64,000 bases of DNA, from the NCBI GenBank assembly GCA_001797275.1, contig MGOY01000036.1:36361-100360 (forward strand), read 5' to 3'. The DNA is from Clostridiales bacterium GWF2_38_85 (GTDB lineage: Bacteria; Bacillota; Clostridia; Oscillospirales; CAG-382). A program made the position numbers and the translations under genes. Within the stretch, counting starts at the first letter, position 1, and the number at the start of each line of letters is the position of its first letter. This document shows, piece by piece, positions 36,617 through 46,972 of the stretch. The notes below the pieces were generated by a model, which did not search any database, was not told the origin of the DNA, and saw only the letters and a list, made by a program, of their open reading frames with translations.

Positions 36617-37998
36617 AACAATTTTTCCTTAACCTTTTTTGCTTGCTTCAACACCTCAGTTGGTGCTGTTCCGCCCTCGGATGTTCTTTTTTCAAGGCAG
36701 ACAAGCAAATCTATTGCTTTATATACATCATTGTCGAAAAGCTCCGAGAATTGCTTGTATTCATCAAGTGTAAGCTCCTCTAATGTTTTTTTATTTTCGA
36801 TACAGTATTCAACCAGCTGTCCGACAGCTTTGTATGCACTTCTGAAAGGAAGTCCTTTTGAAACAAGATAATCTGCTCCGTCGGTTGCATTGATAAATCC
36901 CTTTGCAGCCGCTGATTTCATATTATCGGGAAGAACTCTCATCGTTTCAACCATCGGGGTGAATACTTCAATACAAAGCTTAACAGTATCAATACAGCTG
37001 AAAATTGCTTCTTTATCCTCTTGCATATCCTTGTTGTAAGCAAGCGGAAGACCCTTTAGCATTGTTAACAGTGATATCAGATTGCCATACACTCTGCCGC
37101 TCTTGCCTCTGACAAGCTCAGCTATATCAGGGTTTTTCTTCTGCGGCATTATTGATGAACCTGTCGAATATGCATCATCAAGCTCAATGAATTTGAATTC
37201 CCACGAACACCAGAGTATAATCTCTTCCGAGAAACGCGACAGATGCGTCATTATCAATGAACAAGCAGCTGCTGTTTCGACAACAAAGTCACGATCCGAC
37301 ACTCCGTCAATGCTGTTACCGCAAACACTATCGAAGCCGAGCTGTTCAGCGACAAATCCTCTGTCGGTGTCGAAAGTCGTTCCTGCAAGTGCGCAGCTGC
37401 CGAGCGGCAGTACATTCATGCGTTTTTTTGTGTCAGACAATCTGTCAATATCGCGAGAGAACATATTTGCATAAGCAAGCAGATGATGTCCGAAGGAAAC
37501 AGGCTGTGCTCTCTGAAGATGAGTATAGCCGGGCATTATTGTTGTCGCATGCTTTTCGACAAGTGTGCAGAGTACCAAAATCAATCCCTTTAACTGTGAT
37601 ACAATACAGTCGATTTCTTTTTTAAGATACATTCTGATATCAAGTGCGACCTGATCGTTTCTGCTTCTTGCGGTATGAAGTCGTTTACCTTCATCGCCTA
37701 TTCTTTCGGTCAGTTCCTTTTCGACAAAGCTATGAATATCCTCGCTGCCAAAATCGAACTCAAGCTTACCATTCTCGATATCTTCAAGAATTCCGCAAAG
37801 ACCTTCGATTATCTTCTCGCCCTCATCCACAGTTATTATTCCTTGCTTTGCGAGCATTTGTGTATGAGCAACCGAGCCTGTTATATCTTCTCTGAACATA
37901 CGGCTGTCAAAATGAATCGATGCGTTGAAATCATTCACAACACCGTCAAGCTGTTTTTTAAAACGCCCTTCCCAGAGCTTGTTGTTCGAATTGCTCAT
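36613..37998 (-). CDS. argH: argininosuccinate lyase
   Basis: Fumarate-lyase signature GSSIMPQKKNPD. N-terminus ..LWEGRF... Confidence 0.93.
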   Translation of the reverse strand: MSNSNNKLWEGRFKKQLDGVVNDFNASIHFDSRMFREDITGSVAHTQMLAKQGIITVDEGEKIIEGLCGILEDIENGKLEFDFGSEDIHSFVEKELTERIGDEGKRLHTARSRNDQVALDIRMYLKKEIDCIVSQLKGLILVLCTLVEKHATTIMPGYTHLQRAQPVSFGHHLLAYANMFSRDIDRLSDTKKRMNVLPLGSCALAGTTFDTDRGFVAEQLGFDSVCGNSIDGVSDRDFVVETAAACSLIMTHLSRFSEEIILWCSWEFKFIELDDAYSTGSSIMPQKKNPDIAELVRGKSGRVYGNLISLLTMLKGLPLAYNKDMQEDKEAIFSCIDTVKLCIEVFTPMVETMRVLPDNMKSAAAKGFINATDGADYLVSKGLPFRSAYKAVGQLVEYCIENKKTLEELTLDEYKQFSELFDNDVYKAIDLLVCLEKRTSEGGTAPTEVLKQAKKVKEKLL

Positions 37999-38023
37999 GT
38001 TATTTTACCTCTTTAATTTTAAG

Positions 38024-39253
38024 TTATTGCTTCTTATTGTTCATTCTTGCTTTTACAGAGAGCGGGAGTCCGAATAAGTTTATAAAGCCTTTTGAATCGT
38101 TCTGGTCATATACATCATCTTCGCCGAATGTTGCGATTGCTTCATCATAAAGTGAGTATGGTGAAGTTACGCCTGCGTTAATAATGTTGCCTTTATATAA
38201 TTTCAATTTCACGCTGCCTGTTACAGTCTGTTGTGTGCTGTCAACAAAAGCATCAAGCGCCTCACGGAGTGGAGTGAACCACTGACCAAAGTAAACAAGG
38301 TCTGCATACTTGAGTGAAATCTGTTGCTTGTAATGCTGTGTTTCACGGTCAAGCGTAATTGTTTCGAGAACCTTGTGTGCGTGATACAGTATTGTTCCGC
38401 CGGGAGTTTCATAGATACCTCTTGACTTCATACCGACAAGCCTGTTTTCGACGAGGTCAGCCAGACCGACGCCGTTTGCACCACCGATTTTATTGAGTGT
38501 CGAGATTATTTCAACACTGCCCGACTTTTTGCCGTCAACTGCTACCGGAATACCCTTTTCGAAGTCTATTGAAACATATGTCGGTTTATCGGGTGCATCC
38601 TCAGGTGCTACTCCAAGCTCAAGGAATCCGGGTTTTCTGTATGCAGGCTCATTCGCCGGGTCTTCAAGGTCAAGTCCCTCATGGGAAAGATGCCATAAGT
38701 TTTTATCCTTCGAATAATTGGTTTCACGGTTGATTTTCAACGGTATATTATGTGCTTCTGCATAGTCGATTTCTTCGTCACGGGATTTGATTTTCCACTC
38801 GCGCCAGGGAGCTATGATTGCCATATCGGGAGCAAACGCTTTTATTGTCAGCTCAAATCTAACCTGGTCATTGCCTTTGCCGGTGCAACCGTGTGCGATA
38901 GCATCGCAGCCTTCGGCAAGTGCTATCTCAACGATTCTTTTTGCGATAACAGGGCGTGCAAATGATGTTCCAAGTAAATAATCATGCTCGTAAATTGCTC
39001 CGGCTTTTAATGTTGGGTAGATATAATTCTCAACAAATTCTTTCTTTAAATCTTCGATATAAAGCTTGGAAGCTCCGGTTTTGATTGCCTTTTCTTCAAG
39101 TCCGTCAAGCTCTGTTCCCTGTCCGACATCACCTGAGATTGCGATAACCTCACAATTGTTGTAGTTTTCTTTAAGCCACGGAATTATAATTGAAGTGTCA
39201 AGACCGCCGGAATAAGCAAGCGCCACTTTTTTGATTTCGTTTTTGGTTTTCAT
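38024..39253 (-). CDS. argG: argininosuccinate synthase
   Basis: [12 protein letters not shown]-binding motif and [13 protein letters not shown]. Confidence 0.93.
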   Translation of the reverse strand: MKTKNEIKKVALAYSGGLDTSIIIPWLKENYNNCEVIAISGDVGQGTELDGLEEKAIKTGASKLYIEDLKKEFVENYIYPTLKAGAIYEHDYLLGTSFARPVIAKRIVEIALAEGCDAIAHGCTGKGNDQVRFELTIKAFAPDMAIIAPWREWKIKSRDEEIDYAEAHNIPLKINRETNYSKDKNLWHLSHEGLDLEDPANEPAYRKPGFLELGVAPEDAPDKPTYVSIDFEKGIPVAVDGKKSGSVEIISTLNKIGGANGVGLADLVENRLVGMKSRGIYETPGGTILYHAHKVLETITLDRETQHYKQQISLKYADLVYFGQWFTPLREALDAFVDSTQQTVTGSVKLKLYKGNIINAGVTSPYSLYDEAIATFGEDDVYDQNDSKGFINLFGLPLSVKARMNNKKQ

Positions 39254-39309
39254 AATTCAAATCCTCTCTGCAATTGAAATTGTAGTATGGTTATACCTCT
39301 TATACTACT

Positions 39310-39337
39310 ATTATACACTATTTTAAATGCTTGTCAA
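39310..39337 (-). promoter_or_regulatory. sigma-A promoter of the arg operon (TTGACA-16-TATAAT on the minus strand)
   Basis: Minus strand reads ACTTGACAAGCATTTAAAATAGTGTATAATAG, about 55 nt upstream of the argG ATG. Confidence 0.55.
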
Positions 39338-39344
39338 GTATATT

Positions 39345-39382
39345 TTATGAATATTATGCAGTTGTAATGCATATTATACATA
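39345..39382. promoter_or_regulatory. candidate tandem ARG boxes (ArgR/AhrC operator)
   Basis: TATGAATATTATGCAGT followed by TGTAATGCATATTATACA, each resembling TGAAT-W4-ATTCA half-palindromes. They lie just upstream of the arg -35. The match to the consensus is imperfect. Confidence 0.35.
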
Positions 39383-39471
39383 GGCACACATATCATTAGA
39401 TCAAGTACGATGTTTTTGTGTAAAATAACCACGGAACGTTAATGAACCAATAAGGTATTTTATATTTGCTC

Positions 39472-39501
39472 TTGAATTATGTATTGCATACTATTTATAA
39501 T
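39472..39501 (+). promoter_or_regulatory. sigma-A promoter of the his operon (TTGAAT-18-TATAAT)
   Basis: TTGAAT at 39472-39477 and TATAAT at 39496-39501, about 50 nt upstream of the hisB ATG. Confidence 0.5.
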
Positions 39502-39551
39502 TGTGATAAAATAGTATCATAATTAAAATATTGTTGGAAGGGCTGAGAAAG

Positions 39552-40139
39552 ATGAGAACAGCGACAACCTCAAGAAAAACAAAAGAAACCGATATTATAA
39601 TAACTCTTGATATACTTGAACCCGGCAAGGTCGGTGGCTTTACCGGTACAAGTGGCATCGGCTTCTTTGATCATATGTTGAATTCATTCTGCACACACGG
39701 CGGTTTTGCACTCAGGCTTGACTGCAAGGGAGATCTTGAGGTTGATGGACATCACACAGTTGAGGATATAGGCATCGTCCTGGGTAATGCATTTACCAAG
39801 GCGCTTGGTAACCGTGTTGGAATTGCTCGCTTCGGTCAGGCATCCGTTCCGATGGATGAAGCATTGTCAACCGCTGTACTTGATATATCAGGTCGTCCCT
39901 TCCTTGTTTTCGATGCTTCGTTTACAAACGACACAGTCGGTACATATGATACTGCATTAACAGAAGAATTTTTCCGTGCATTTGCTTTTGCTTCAGGAAT
40001 TACGCTTCACATCAAGAATGAATACGGTGGAAACGATCATCACAAAATCGAAAGCGTTTTCAAGTCTGTTGCACGTGCGTTGGCACAGGCAGTCAGAATA
40101 ATATCAGATCAGATTCCCTCATCGAAAGGTGTTATATGA
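39552..40139 (+). CDS. hisB: imidazoleglycerol-phosphate dehydratase
   Basis: RKTKETDI.., DGHHTVED, and HH..E motifs. Confidence 0.92.
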   Translation: MRTATTSRKTKETDIIITLDILEPGKVGGFTGTSGIGFFDHMLNSFCTHGGFALRLDCKGDLEVDGHHTVEDIGIVLGNAFTKALGNRVGIARFGQASVPMDEALSTAVLDISGRPFLVFDASFTNDTVGTYDTALTEEFFRAFAFASGITLHIKNEYGGNDHHKIESVFKSVARALAQAVRIISDQIPSSKGVI

Positions 40140-40756
40140 TTTCAGTTATAGATTACGGACTTGGAAACTTGCATAGTGTAAAAAACGCTCTGGATTTTCT
40201 CGGAGTCGAAAACAATGTTATATCCACCGCAAAGGAGCTTTATGCTGCCGATGCACTTATACTCCCCGGTGTCGGAGCGTTTCCGGATGCAATCTCTGCA
40301 CTCAAAACAAGGAAGCTGTTTTTTGAGTTGAAGGCAGCTGCAAAAGAAATCCCTATGCTGGGTATATGTCTTGGTATGCAGTTATTATTTGAAGAAAGCG
40401 ACGAATTCGGGCTGACTGAAGGACTTGGACTTATAAGCGGTAGGGTTACAAAAATTCATGCAGACGGTTTGAAAATTCCACACATGGGTTGGAATGAGCT
40501 GAATATATGCAAAAAGGATCCTATAATCGACGGTGTCGACGGCGGATATGTCTATTTTGTGCATTCATACAAGGCAAAATGTGAAGAGAGAAACATTATT
40601 GCTGACACTGCTTACGGTGAACGCATCCCAACGCTTGTCAAGGCTGATAACATAATTGTCTACGGTGCGCAGTTTCACCCTGAAAAGAGCGATAGTGTCG
40701 GATTAAAAATACTAAATAATTTTGTAAAAATAATAAATATGAGGCAATACAAATGA
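40136..40756 (+). CDS. hisH: imidazole glycerol phosphate synthase, glutaminase subunit
   Basis: IDYGLGNL, PGVGAF, GICLGMQ and FHPEKS motifs. ATGA overlap with hisB. Confidence 0.92.
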   Translation: MISVIDYGLGNLHSVKNALDFLGVENNVISTAKELYAADALILPGVGAFPDAISALKTRKLFFELKAAAKEIPMLGICLGMQLLFEESDEFGLTEGLGLISGRVTKIHADGLKIPHMGWNELNICKKDPIIDGVDGGYVYFVHSYKAKCEERNIIADTAYGERIPTLVKADNIIVYGAQFHPEKSDSVGLKILNNFVKIINMRQYK

Positions 40757-41472
40757 TTATTTTCCCATCGATAGATATGTTAGGCGGCAGAGTTGTCAGA
40801 CTTGTCGAAGGTGATTACGCTACAGCACATAAGGTTGCAGCCGATCCGATAGAAACAGCAAAAATATTCGAATCCGAAGGTGCTGAGTATTTGCATCTTG
40901 TTGACCTCGATGGTTCAAAGAGTGGCGAGGGTACAAACTCGTTTATTACTGCTGTCAAAGCAATCGCAGACTCAACAAATCTGTTTATGCAATGCGGTGG
41001 TGGCATCAGAAGCTTTGAAAGAATTGATACACTCCTTTCAATCGGAATTAAAAGAGTTATTTTAGGCTCAATTGCTGCAAAAGATCCTGATTTTGTGGCC
41101 GAAGCAGTAAGAAAATATGGAAAAGCAATTGCTGCCGGTATTGATGCAAGAAACGGGATGGTTGCAACAGACGGTTGGACCAAGGACAGCGGTATTGATT
41201 ATATAGAATTCGCGAAAAAGATGGTTTCATTCGGTGTTGACAACATAATATTCACCGATATCAGTCGTGACTGCACACTCAAAGGTCCAAACCTTGAGCA
41301 ACTAAAACCTCTTCTGTCACTCGGCGTCAATATTACCGCAAGCGGCGGTGTCGGCAATATAAATGACATACACGATCTGAAATCTCTTGATGTTTACGGT
41401 GTTATCTGCGGAAAATCAATATATTCGGGTACGCTCAAGCTGAGAGAAGCGATTTCTGTCGCGAATGCCTGA
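40753..41472 (+). CDS. hisA: 1-(5-phosphoribosyl)-5-[(5-phosphoribosylamino)methylideneamino]imidazole-4-carboxamide isomerase
   Basis: IFPSIDMLGGRVVRL..HLVDLDG.. pattern of the HisA/HisF barrel, in hisA operon position. Confidence 0.9.
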   Translation: MIIFPSIDMLGGRVVRLVEGDYATAHKVAADPIETAKIFESEGAEYLHLVDLDGSKSGEGTNSFITAVKAIADSTNLFMQCGGGIRSFERIDTLLSIGIKRVILGSIAAKDPDFVAEAVRKYGKAIAAGIDARNGMVATDGWTKDSGIDYIEFAKKMVSFGVDNIIFTDISRDCTLKGPNLEQLKPLLSLGVNITASGGVGNINDIHDLKSLDVYGVICGKSIYSGTLKLREAISVANA

Positions 41473-41490
41473 CAGGAAAGGACACTAAAC

Positions 41491-42243
41491 ATGTTAGCTA
41501 AAAGAATCATCCCCTGTCTGGATGTAAAAGATGGAAGAGTTGTCAAAGGTGTCAATTTTGTCGATCTTCGTGATGCGGGCGGCATTGCAGAGAATGCAAG
41601 ATACTATAATGAGCAAGGTGCAGATGAGCTTGTTTTCCTTGATATAACTGCAACCCATGAAAAGCGGGCAAATATATCCGAGCTGGTCAGAGTTGCGGCG
41701 AGAGAGCTATTCATACCAATGACTGTCGGCGGCGGTATATCCGATGTCGAGGATTTCAGCACAGCGCTTCGTGCAGGAGCAGATAAAGTTGCGGTTAATT
41801 CTGCGGCAATCCGTGACAAGCACTTGATTTCCAGAGCAGCTGACAAGTTCGGTTCGCAGTGTGTTGTCTGTGCAATTGATGCAAAAAGAACTGGTGATAA
41901 GTTCAATGTTTACATAAACGGTGGCAGAATAGATACCGGTATTGACGCTGTTGAATGGGCAAAAGAAGCAGCAGCTCTCGGTGCCGGTGAGCTTTTAATT
42001 ACATCGATGGATGCAGACGGTACGAAAGATGGATTTGATAACGAGCTTTTAAGACAGATATGCTCACAAGTCAGGGTTCCAGTTATAGCATCAGGTGGTG
42101 CGGGAACAATGCAACACTTCTACGATGCCTTCAAAGCAGGCGCTTCAGCTGGTCTTGCCGCAACATTATTCCACTATCGTGAGATGGAGATTTCAGAACT
42201 CAAAAAATTTCTACATGAAAAAGGAGTCAGTGTCAGAATATGA
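41491..42243 (+). CDS. hisF: imidazole glycerol phosphate synthase, cyclase subunit
   Basis: [38 protein letters not shown]. Confidence 0.93.
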   Translation: MLAKRIIPCLDVKDGRVVKGVNFVDLRDAGGIAENARYYNEQGADELVFLDITATHEKRANISELVRVAARELFIPMTVGGGISDVEDFSTALRAGADKVAVNSAAIRDKHLISRAADKFGSQCVVCAIDAKRTGDKFNVYINGGRIDTGIDAVEWAKEAAALGAGELLITSMDADGTKDGFDNELLRQICSQVRVPVIASGGAGTMQHFYDAFKAGASAGLAATLFHYREMEISELKKFLHEKGVSVRI

Positions 42244-42560
42244 ATGAATTCAACACGGAAATGCTCTTTGAAAAATCAGAGTTGATTCCTGCTATAATTC
42301 AGGATTCGAAAACGCTGCAGGTACTGATGCTCGGTTATATGAATAAAGAATCCCTAAATAAATCGCTTGAGAGCGGGCTTTGTACCTTCTTCAGCAGAAG
42401 CCGTCAAAAACTCTGGTTAAAAGGCGAGACAAGCGGCAATTTTATTAACATAGATGAAATATTCTATGACTGCGAAAATAATTCACTTCTAATAAAAGCA
42501 ACCCCGAAGGGTCCTGCCTGCCATACCGGAAACACTTCATGTTTCTACAAAAAATTGTAA
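42240..42560 (+). CDS. hisI: phosphoribosyl-AMP cyclohydrolase
   Basis: ..[23 protein letters not shown] motifs. Confidence 0.9.
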   Translation: MNEFNTEMLFEKSELIPAIIQDSKTLQVLMLGYMNKESLNKSLESGLCTFFSRSRQKLWLKGETSGNFINIDEIFYDCENNSLLIKATPKGPACHTGNTSCFYKKL

Positions 42561-42574
42561 GGAATGATTAATAT

Positions 42575-42901
42575 ATGAACAACACCTACAAAGAATTATT
42601 TAATGTAATATGTGACCGCAAAATAAACCCTGCCGAGGGTTCATACACCTGTTACCTTTTTGACAAGGGACTTGACAAGATACTGAAAAAAGTCGGCGAG
42701 GAAGCCTCCGAGACTATAATCGCTGCCAAAAATGGCGGTAACGATGAATTGAAGAACGAAATTTGCGATCTTCTATATCATGTTTTTGTACTTGCGGCGA
42801 ATCAAGGGCTTGATATTTCCGAAATTGAAGCAGAGCTTGACGAGCGCACAAAGAAAATCGGGAACCTGAAAAAGATGAAGGATACAGATAAAAACACATA
42901 A
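42575..42901 (+). CDS. hisE: phosphoribosyl-ATP pyrophosphatase
   Basis: MazG-like ..SYT.YLF..G.DKILKKVGEEA.E..IA..E..DLLYH. Confidence 0.9.
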   Translation: MNNTYKELFNVICDRKINPAEGSYTCYLFDKGLDKILKKVGEEASETIIAAKNGGNDELKNEICDLLYHVFVLAANQGLDISEIEAELDERTKKIGNLKKMKDTDKNT

Positions 42902-42935
42902 CCTCGTTTATTATATAATAAGGATGGCATAATAT

Positions 42936-43757
42936 ATGTTTCTTGCAGATTACCACACACATTCAAAATTTTCATTTGATGCAGAAAGACCGGCTACAAT
43001 CGAAGCAATGTGCGAAGCTGCAATTACAATGGGTTTGAATGAAATTGCTATAACAGATCACTATGAATGTGATGCTATGCCCGACGGATTTTATGAAATG
43101 CCGGATTTGGATGGCAGACAAACAGCAATAGCCGCCGCCAAAAAAAAATACGAAGGCAAGCTTGCGCTTTGTTATGGAATCGAGTTGGGACAGCCGACAT
43201 CAGAAGCTGTTGAAACCGAGAGAATTCTCTCAAAATACAGCTTTGATTTTGTTATCGGTTCACTCCATACTGTTAAGGGAATTAGAGATATTTGCTATAT
43301 AAACTACGAATATTACAGCGACAAGCAGATAGTTATGCTATGGGAGCAATATCTCGCCGAGCTGTTAAAACATATAAAAGACGGAAAATTCGACACACTT
43401 GCACACATCACCTATCCTTACCGCTATATTGTTAAAAACGGAAGAGGTAATGTTGTGAATCTTGACGACTACAAGGATGAATTTGCGGCTATAATACGTG
43501 CCGCTATTGAACGCGGTATCGCGCTCGAATGCAACACATCAGGACTTCGTCAAACATTGGCTGAACCTATGCCGAATTTCAAATTGATGCAATTATATAA
43601 ATCACTTGGCGGCCAGCTTATCACGGTTGGTTCTGATGCTCATTATCTTGAGCATATCGGAAGCCATATAAAAGAAACCGTATCGACTCTGGCGGATATC
43701 GGATTCAAATATCTGACAGTATTCCGCAACCGACGCCCTACAATGATAAAGATTTAG
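42936..43757 (+). CDS. hisK: histidinol-phosphatase, PHP family
   Basis: DYHTHSKFSFDA N-terminus, later H/D metal ligands (GSLH, AHITYP, GSDAH), and his operon context. Confidence 0.8.
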   Translation: MFLADYHTHSKFSFDAERPATIEAMCEAAITMGLNEIAITDHYECDAMPDGFYEMPDLDGRQTAIAAAKKKYEGKLALCYGIELGQPTSEAVETERILSKYSFDFVIGSLHTVKGIRDICYINYEYYSDKQIVMLWEQYLAELLKHIKDGKFDTLAHITYPYRYIVKNGRGNVVNLDDYKDEFAAIIRAAIERGIALECNTSGLRQTLAEPMPNFKLMQLYKSLGGQLITVGSDAHYLEHIGSHIKETVSTLADIGFKYLTVFRNRRPTMIKI

Positions 43758-43781
43758 ACAGTATAGAAGGAGTTAATTAAT

Positions 43782-44282
43782 ATGGAAAATAATAAATTTA
43801 GTTATGAAAAGAGATTACTGCATCTTCTTTCCGAAGATAGCAGATTAACAGCCGAAAAACTCGCCGTCATGCTTGATAAGGATGAAGGCGATATAAAAGC
43901 AATGATAGAAAAATACGAACAGGACGGTGTTATTATCGGTTACCGTACCGTTATCGACTGGGATAAGACAGACTACGAATATGTATCGGCATTGATCGAG
44001 CTGAAAATCACACCGCAGAGAGGCTACGGTTTTGACAGTGTTGCCGAGAGAATATGTAAGTATGACGAAGTCAAGAGCGTTCTGCTCATGTCGGGCGGCT
44101 TTGATCTTGCGCTGTTTATCGAAGGCAAAACTATGCGTGAGGTTGCGTATTTTGTTGCCGATAAGCTTGCACCGCTTGAATATGTTACCGCCACCGCCAC
44201 TCACTTTGTTCTTCACAGATACAAAGAGGACGGTATGATGTACCGCCCTGCACAAAAGGACGAGAGAGGTAACATTATCTGA
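43782..44282 (+). CDS. Lrp/AsnC-family transcriptional regulator
   Basis: N-terminal wHTH (LLHLLSEDSRLTAEKLAVML) and a C-terminal RAM/AsnC_trans_reg domain. Confidence 0.8.
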   Translation: MENNKFSYEKRLLHLLSEDSRLTAEKLAVMLDKDEGDIKAMIEKYEQDGVIIGYRTVIDWDKTDYEYVSALIELKITPQRGYGFDSVAERICKYDEVKSVLLMSGGFDLALFIEGKTMREVAYFVADKLAPLEYVTATATHFVLHRYKEDGMMYRPAQKDERGNII

Positions 44283-45457
44283 TGTTGGATTTGAATAAAC
44301 TCGTATCCGAACGCACTGCTTCGCTCAAGCCTTCGGGAATACGAAAGTTCTTTGACATACTTGATGAAATGAAGGATGTTATATCGCTTACTGTCGGTCA
44401 ACCCGATTTCGTCACACCATGGCACATTCGCGAAGCAGGTATCCGCAGTCTTGAAGAAGGGAAAACATACTACACCTCAAACGCAGGTCTTTCTGAGGTC
44501 AGAGATGAGATCGCAAACTACCAGAAACGTCGTTTCGGACTTGAATACAACCCCAAAGACGAAATTGTTGTAACAGTCGGCGGCAGTGAAGCTATTGATA
44601 TAGCTTTGCGTGCGATAATCAATCCCGATGATGAAATAATCATTCCCGAACCCAGCTTTGTATGTTATGCACCACTTGCTGAGCTTGCAAGCGGTGTTGC
44701 AATTAGACTTCCGTTGAGAGAAGAAGACGATTTTAAACTCACACCCGAGCTTTTGAAAAGCGTAATCACACCCAAAACCAAAGTGTTGATTCTTCCCTTC
44801 CCTAACAATCCTACCGGCGCTGTAATGGAAAAGGAAGATCTTGAAAAAATCGCTGAGATTATCAGAGAAACAAATATAATTATTATATCCGACGAAATTT
44901 ACGCTGAGCTTACATACAACACTACCCACTGTTCAATTTCCTCACTTGACGGTATGCGTGAACGCACTATTGTCGTAAACGGATTTTCAAAAGCATATGC
45001 GATGACAGGCTGGCGTCTTGGCTACACACTCGCACCACCTATATTGACAAAACAGATGGTTAAAATCCATCAATACTGCATCATGTGTGCACCTATAACA
45101 AGCCAATATGCCGCTCTTTGTGCACTGCGTGACGGTGATGAAGATATCGAGTACATGAAGATGCATTATGACAGCCGACGCAGATTAATTTTAAAAGGGT
45201 TAAAGGACATCGGAATCGATTGTTTTGTTCCAGGTGGTGCTTTTTATGTGTTCCCAAACATATCTAAATTCGGCATGAGCTCCGAGCAGTTCTGCGAAAG
45301 ATTACTCAACGAAACACATACAGCGATTGTACCCGGAACGGCATTCGGTAATTGTGGAGAGGGATTTGCAAGAATTTCTTACGCTTATTCACTGGATCAT
45401 ATTGAAAAAGCACTTGAGAACATAAGCAAATTCGTTAAAAGTCTAAAACATGAATGA
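44282..45457 (+). CDS. class I/II PLP aminotransferase (aspartate/aromatic aminotransferase-like)
   Basis: ..LTVGQPDF.TP.., NPTG and SFSKAYAMTGWRLGY (PLP-Lys) motifs. It is coupled to the Lrp gene (ATGA-type overlap). Confidence 0.85.
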   Translation: MLDLNKLVSERTASLKPSGIRKFFDILDEMKDVISLTVGQPDFVTPWHIREAGIRSLEEGKTYYTSNAGLSEVRDEIANYQKRRFGLEYNPKDEIVVTVGGSEAIDIALRAIINPDDEIIIPEPSFVCYAPLAELASGVAIRLPLREEDDFKLTPELLKSVITPKTKVLILPFPNNPTGAVMEKEDLEKIAEIIRETNIIIISDEIYAELTYNTTHCSISSLDGMRERTIVVNGFSKAYAMTGWRLGYTLAPPILTKQMVKIHQYCIMCAPITSQYAALCALRDGDEDIEYMKMHYDSRRRLILKGLKDIGIDCFVPGGAFYVFPNISKFGMSSEQFCERLLNETHTAIVPGTAFGNCGEGFARISYAYSLDHIEKALENISKFVKSLKHE

Positions 45458-46301
45458 AATAATTGAAAAAGCATATGCAAAAATAAATCTTACACTGTCA
45501 GTCAGCGAAAAACGACCTGACAGTTATCACAATATAACAACTGTAATGCAATCGGTAACCTTGTTCGACACATTGTATATTACAAAAGCTGATGAGATAA
45601 GGCTCGCCTGCAGCAGAAGAAAGCTGCCCGGCGGTGCCGACAATATTGCATACCATGCGGCTCAGGTTTTTTTTCAGCATACCGGTATATCCGGTGGTGC
45701 TGATATTGTGTTGCAAAAGCACATCCCCGTTGCTGCCGGACTTGCAGGTGGCAGCACGGATGCCGCAGCGGTACTTCGTGGTCTGAACAAACTATATAAT
45801 ACTAAGCTTTCAAACGAAGAGTTGCAGAAGCTGGGCAGAACGTTTGGTGCTGATGTTCCCTTTTGTATCAGCGGTGGAACAGCTCTTGCAACCGGAATCG
45901 GTGATACACTGACTCCGGTTGAAAACAACACCCTGATGCCGCTTGTCATTGCTATAGGTAGCGAGGGAGTGTCAACAAAAACAATGTATGATCTTCTTGA
46001 TAACAAACCTGAAAGGCTTCATGTCTACACGGATGATATGATAGATGCATTGAAATCTGGCAGTCAGGAACGCGTTGCCGAGCTTCTCGCAAATGATTTT
46101 GAGTCTGTCTGTATGGAAATAAGAAACTCTGTCCCTCAGCTGAAAAATCATATGATACAATTGAATGCTTTGGGTGCATCGATGAGCGGAAGCGGAACAT
46201 CGGTGTTCGGGTTGTTTAGATCATATACAGATGCTGAATCAGCAGCAAACAATTTGCGTCAAAAAGGTTTCTTCGCAACCGCCTGCGGACGGAACAATTG
46301 A
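45450..46301 (+). CDS. ispE: 4-diphosphocytidyl-2-C-methyl-D-erythritol kinase
   Basis: AYAKINLTL.V, the GHMP kinase motif PVAAGLAGGSTDAAA, and SGSG. Confidence 0.9.
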   Translation: MNEIIEKAYAKINLTLSVSEKRPDSYHNITTVMQSVTLFDTLYITKADEIRLACSRRKLPGGADNIAYHAAQVFFQHTGISGGADIVLQKHIPVAAGLAGGSTDAAAVLRGLNKLYNTKLSNEELQKLGRTFGADVPFCISGGTALATGIGDTLTPVENNTLMPLVIAIGSEGVSTKTMYDLLDNKPERLHVYTDDMIDALKSGSQERVAELLANDFESVCMEIRNSVPQLKNHMIQLNALGASMSGSGTSVFGLFRSYTDAESAANNLRQKGFFATACGRNN

Positions 46302-46371
46302 TTAAAATTTGATTAATCAATTTAATAATTGTCAATAATTAAAATACCAATATTTGAAAGGTGTTTTGATT

Positions 46372-46956
46372 ATGACAACAAAAAAATTATTCTGTTTTTG
46401 TCTTTCGTTTTTACTTATACTTGCCTTATCGAATTATCTGCCTATCCACGGTGAGGAACAGATTTACACCAGCGTTATCCGGTTACATATCCTTGCGAAC
46501 TCGGACAGCGAATATGACCAACAGATGAAACTGGCAGTGCGGGATAAACTTATTGAATCTGCTCCCGATTTCTTCGATATTGAGGGAAATGTATCAGATG
46601 CTGGCGATGAAATTACTGAAAACGCAGACAAACTGCTTACCTTTGTAAATGAGCAGTTAAAATTACTCAATGCTCCATACCAAGCAAGTATAAAATTCGG
46701 CACCGAGGCATACCCGACAAGAGAATACGATGGTATCACTTATCCTGCGGGTGAATACAAATCATTACGGATTCTTCTGGGAAACGGTGACGGCAAGAAC
46801 TGGTGGTGTGTTCTGTTCCCTCCTATTTGCACTAATGCAGCAAAAGCAAGGGATAGCCTTGACATATCCACTGAAGCCAAAAAAACCTTTACAAATACTG
46901 AAACAAAGTATATTTTCAGGTTTAAAATCCTTGAGATATTCAAACGAAAAAAATAA
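46372..46956 (+). CDS. spoIIR: stage II sporulation protein R
   Basis: Signal peptide, then VIRLHILANSDSEYDQQMKLAVRD..NWWCVLFPP, the SpoIIR signature. Confidence 0.85.
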   Translation: MTTKKLFCFCLSFLLILALSNYLPIHGEEQIYTSVIRLHILANSDSEYDQQMKLAVRDKLIESAPDFFDIEGNVSDAGDEITENADKLLTFVNEQLKLLNAPYQASIKFGTEAYPTREYDGITYPAGEYKSLRILLGNGDGKNWWCVLFPPICTNAAKARDSLDISTEAKKTFTNTETKYIFRFKILEIFKRKK

Positions 46957-46972
46957 ATGGAAGGTTCAGCAA

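Noticed and set aside
39502-39551. A histidine T-box or attenuator leader upstream of hisB.
   Set aside because: Only ~50 nt lie between the predicted -10 and the start codon. That is far too short for a T-box (~200+ nt). No His-codon-rich leader peptide is present.
46302-46353. The 12-bp perfect palindrome TTGATTAATCAA upstream of spoIIR as a regulator binding site.
   Set aside because: It is a short palindrome made only of A and T in very AT-rich DNA, so it is expected by chance. It does not resemble a sigma-F promoter.
46730-46972. The track start of addB at 46730, which overlaps the 3' end of spoIIR by 227 nt.
   Set aside because: The conserved AddB N-terminus (MIYNIFGRSGSGKT Walker A) begins at the ATG at 46973, which has its own GGAAGG RBS. 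The upstream extension is hydrophobic read-through of the spoIIR region in another frame.
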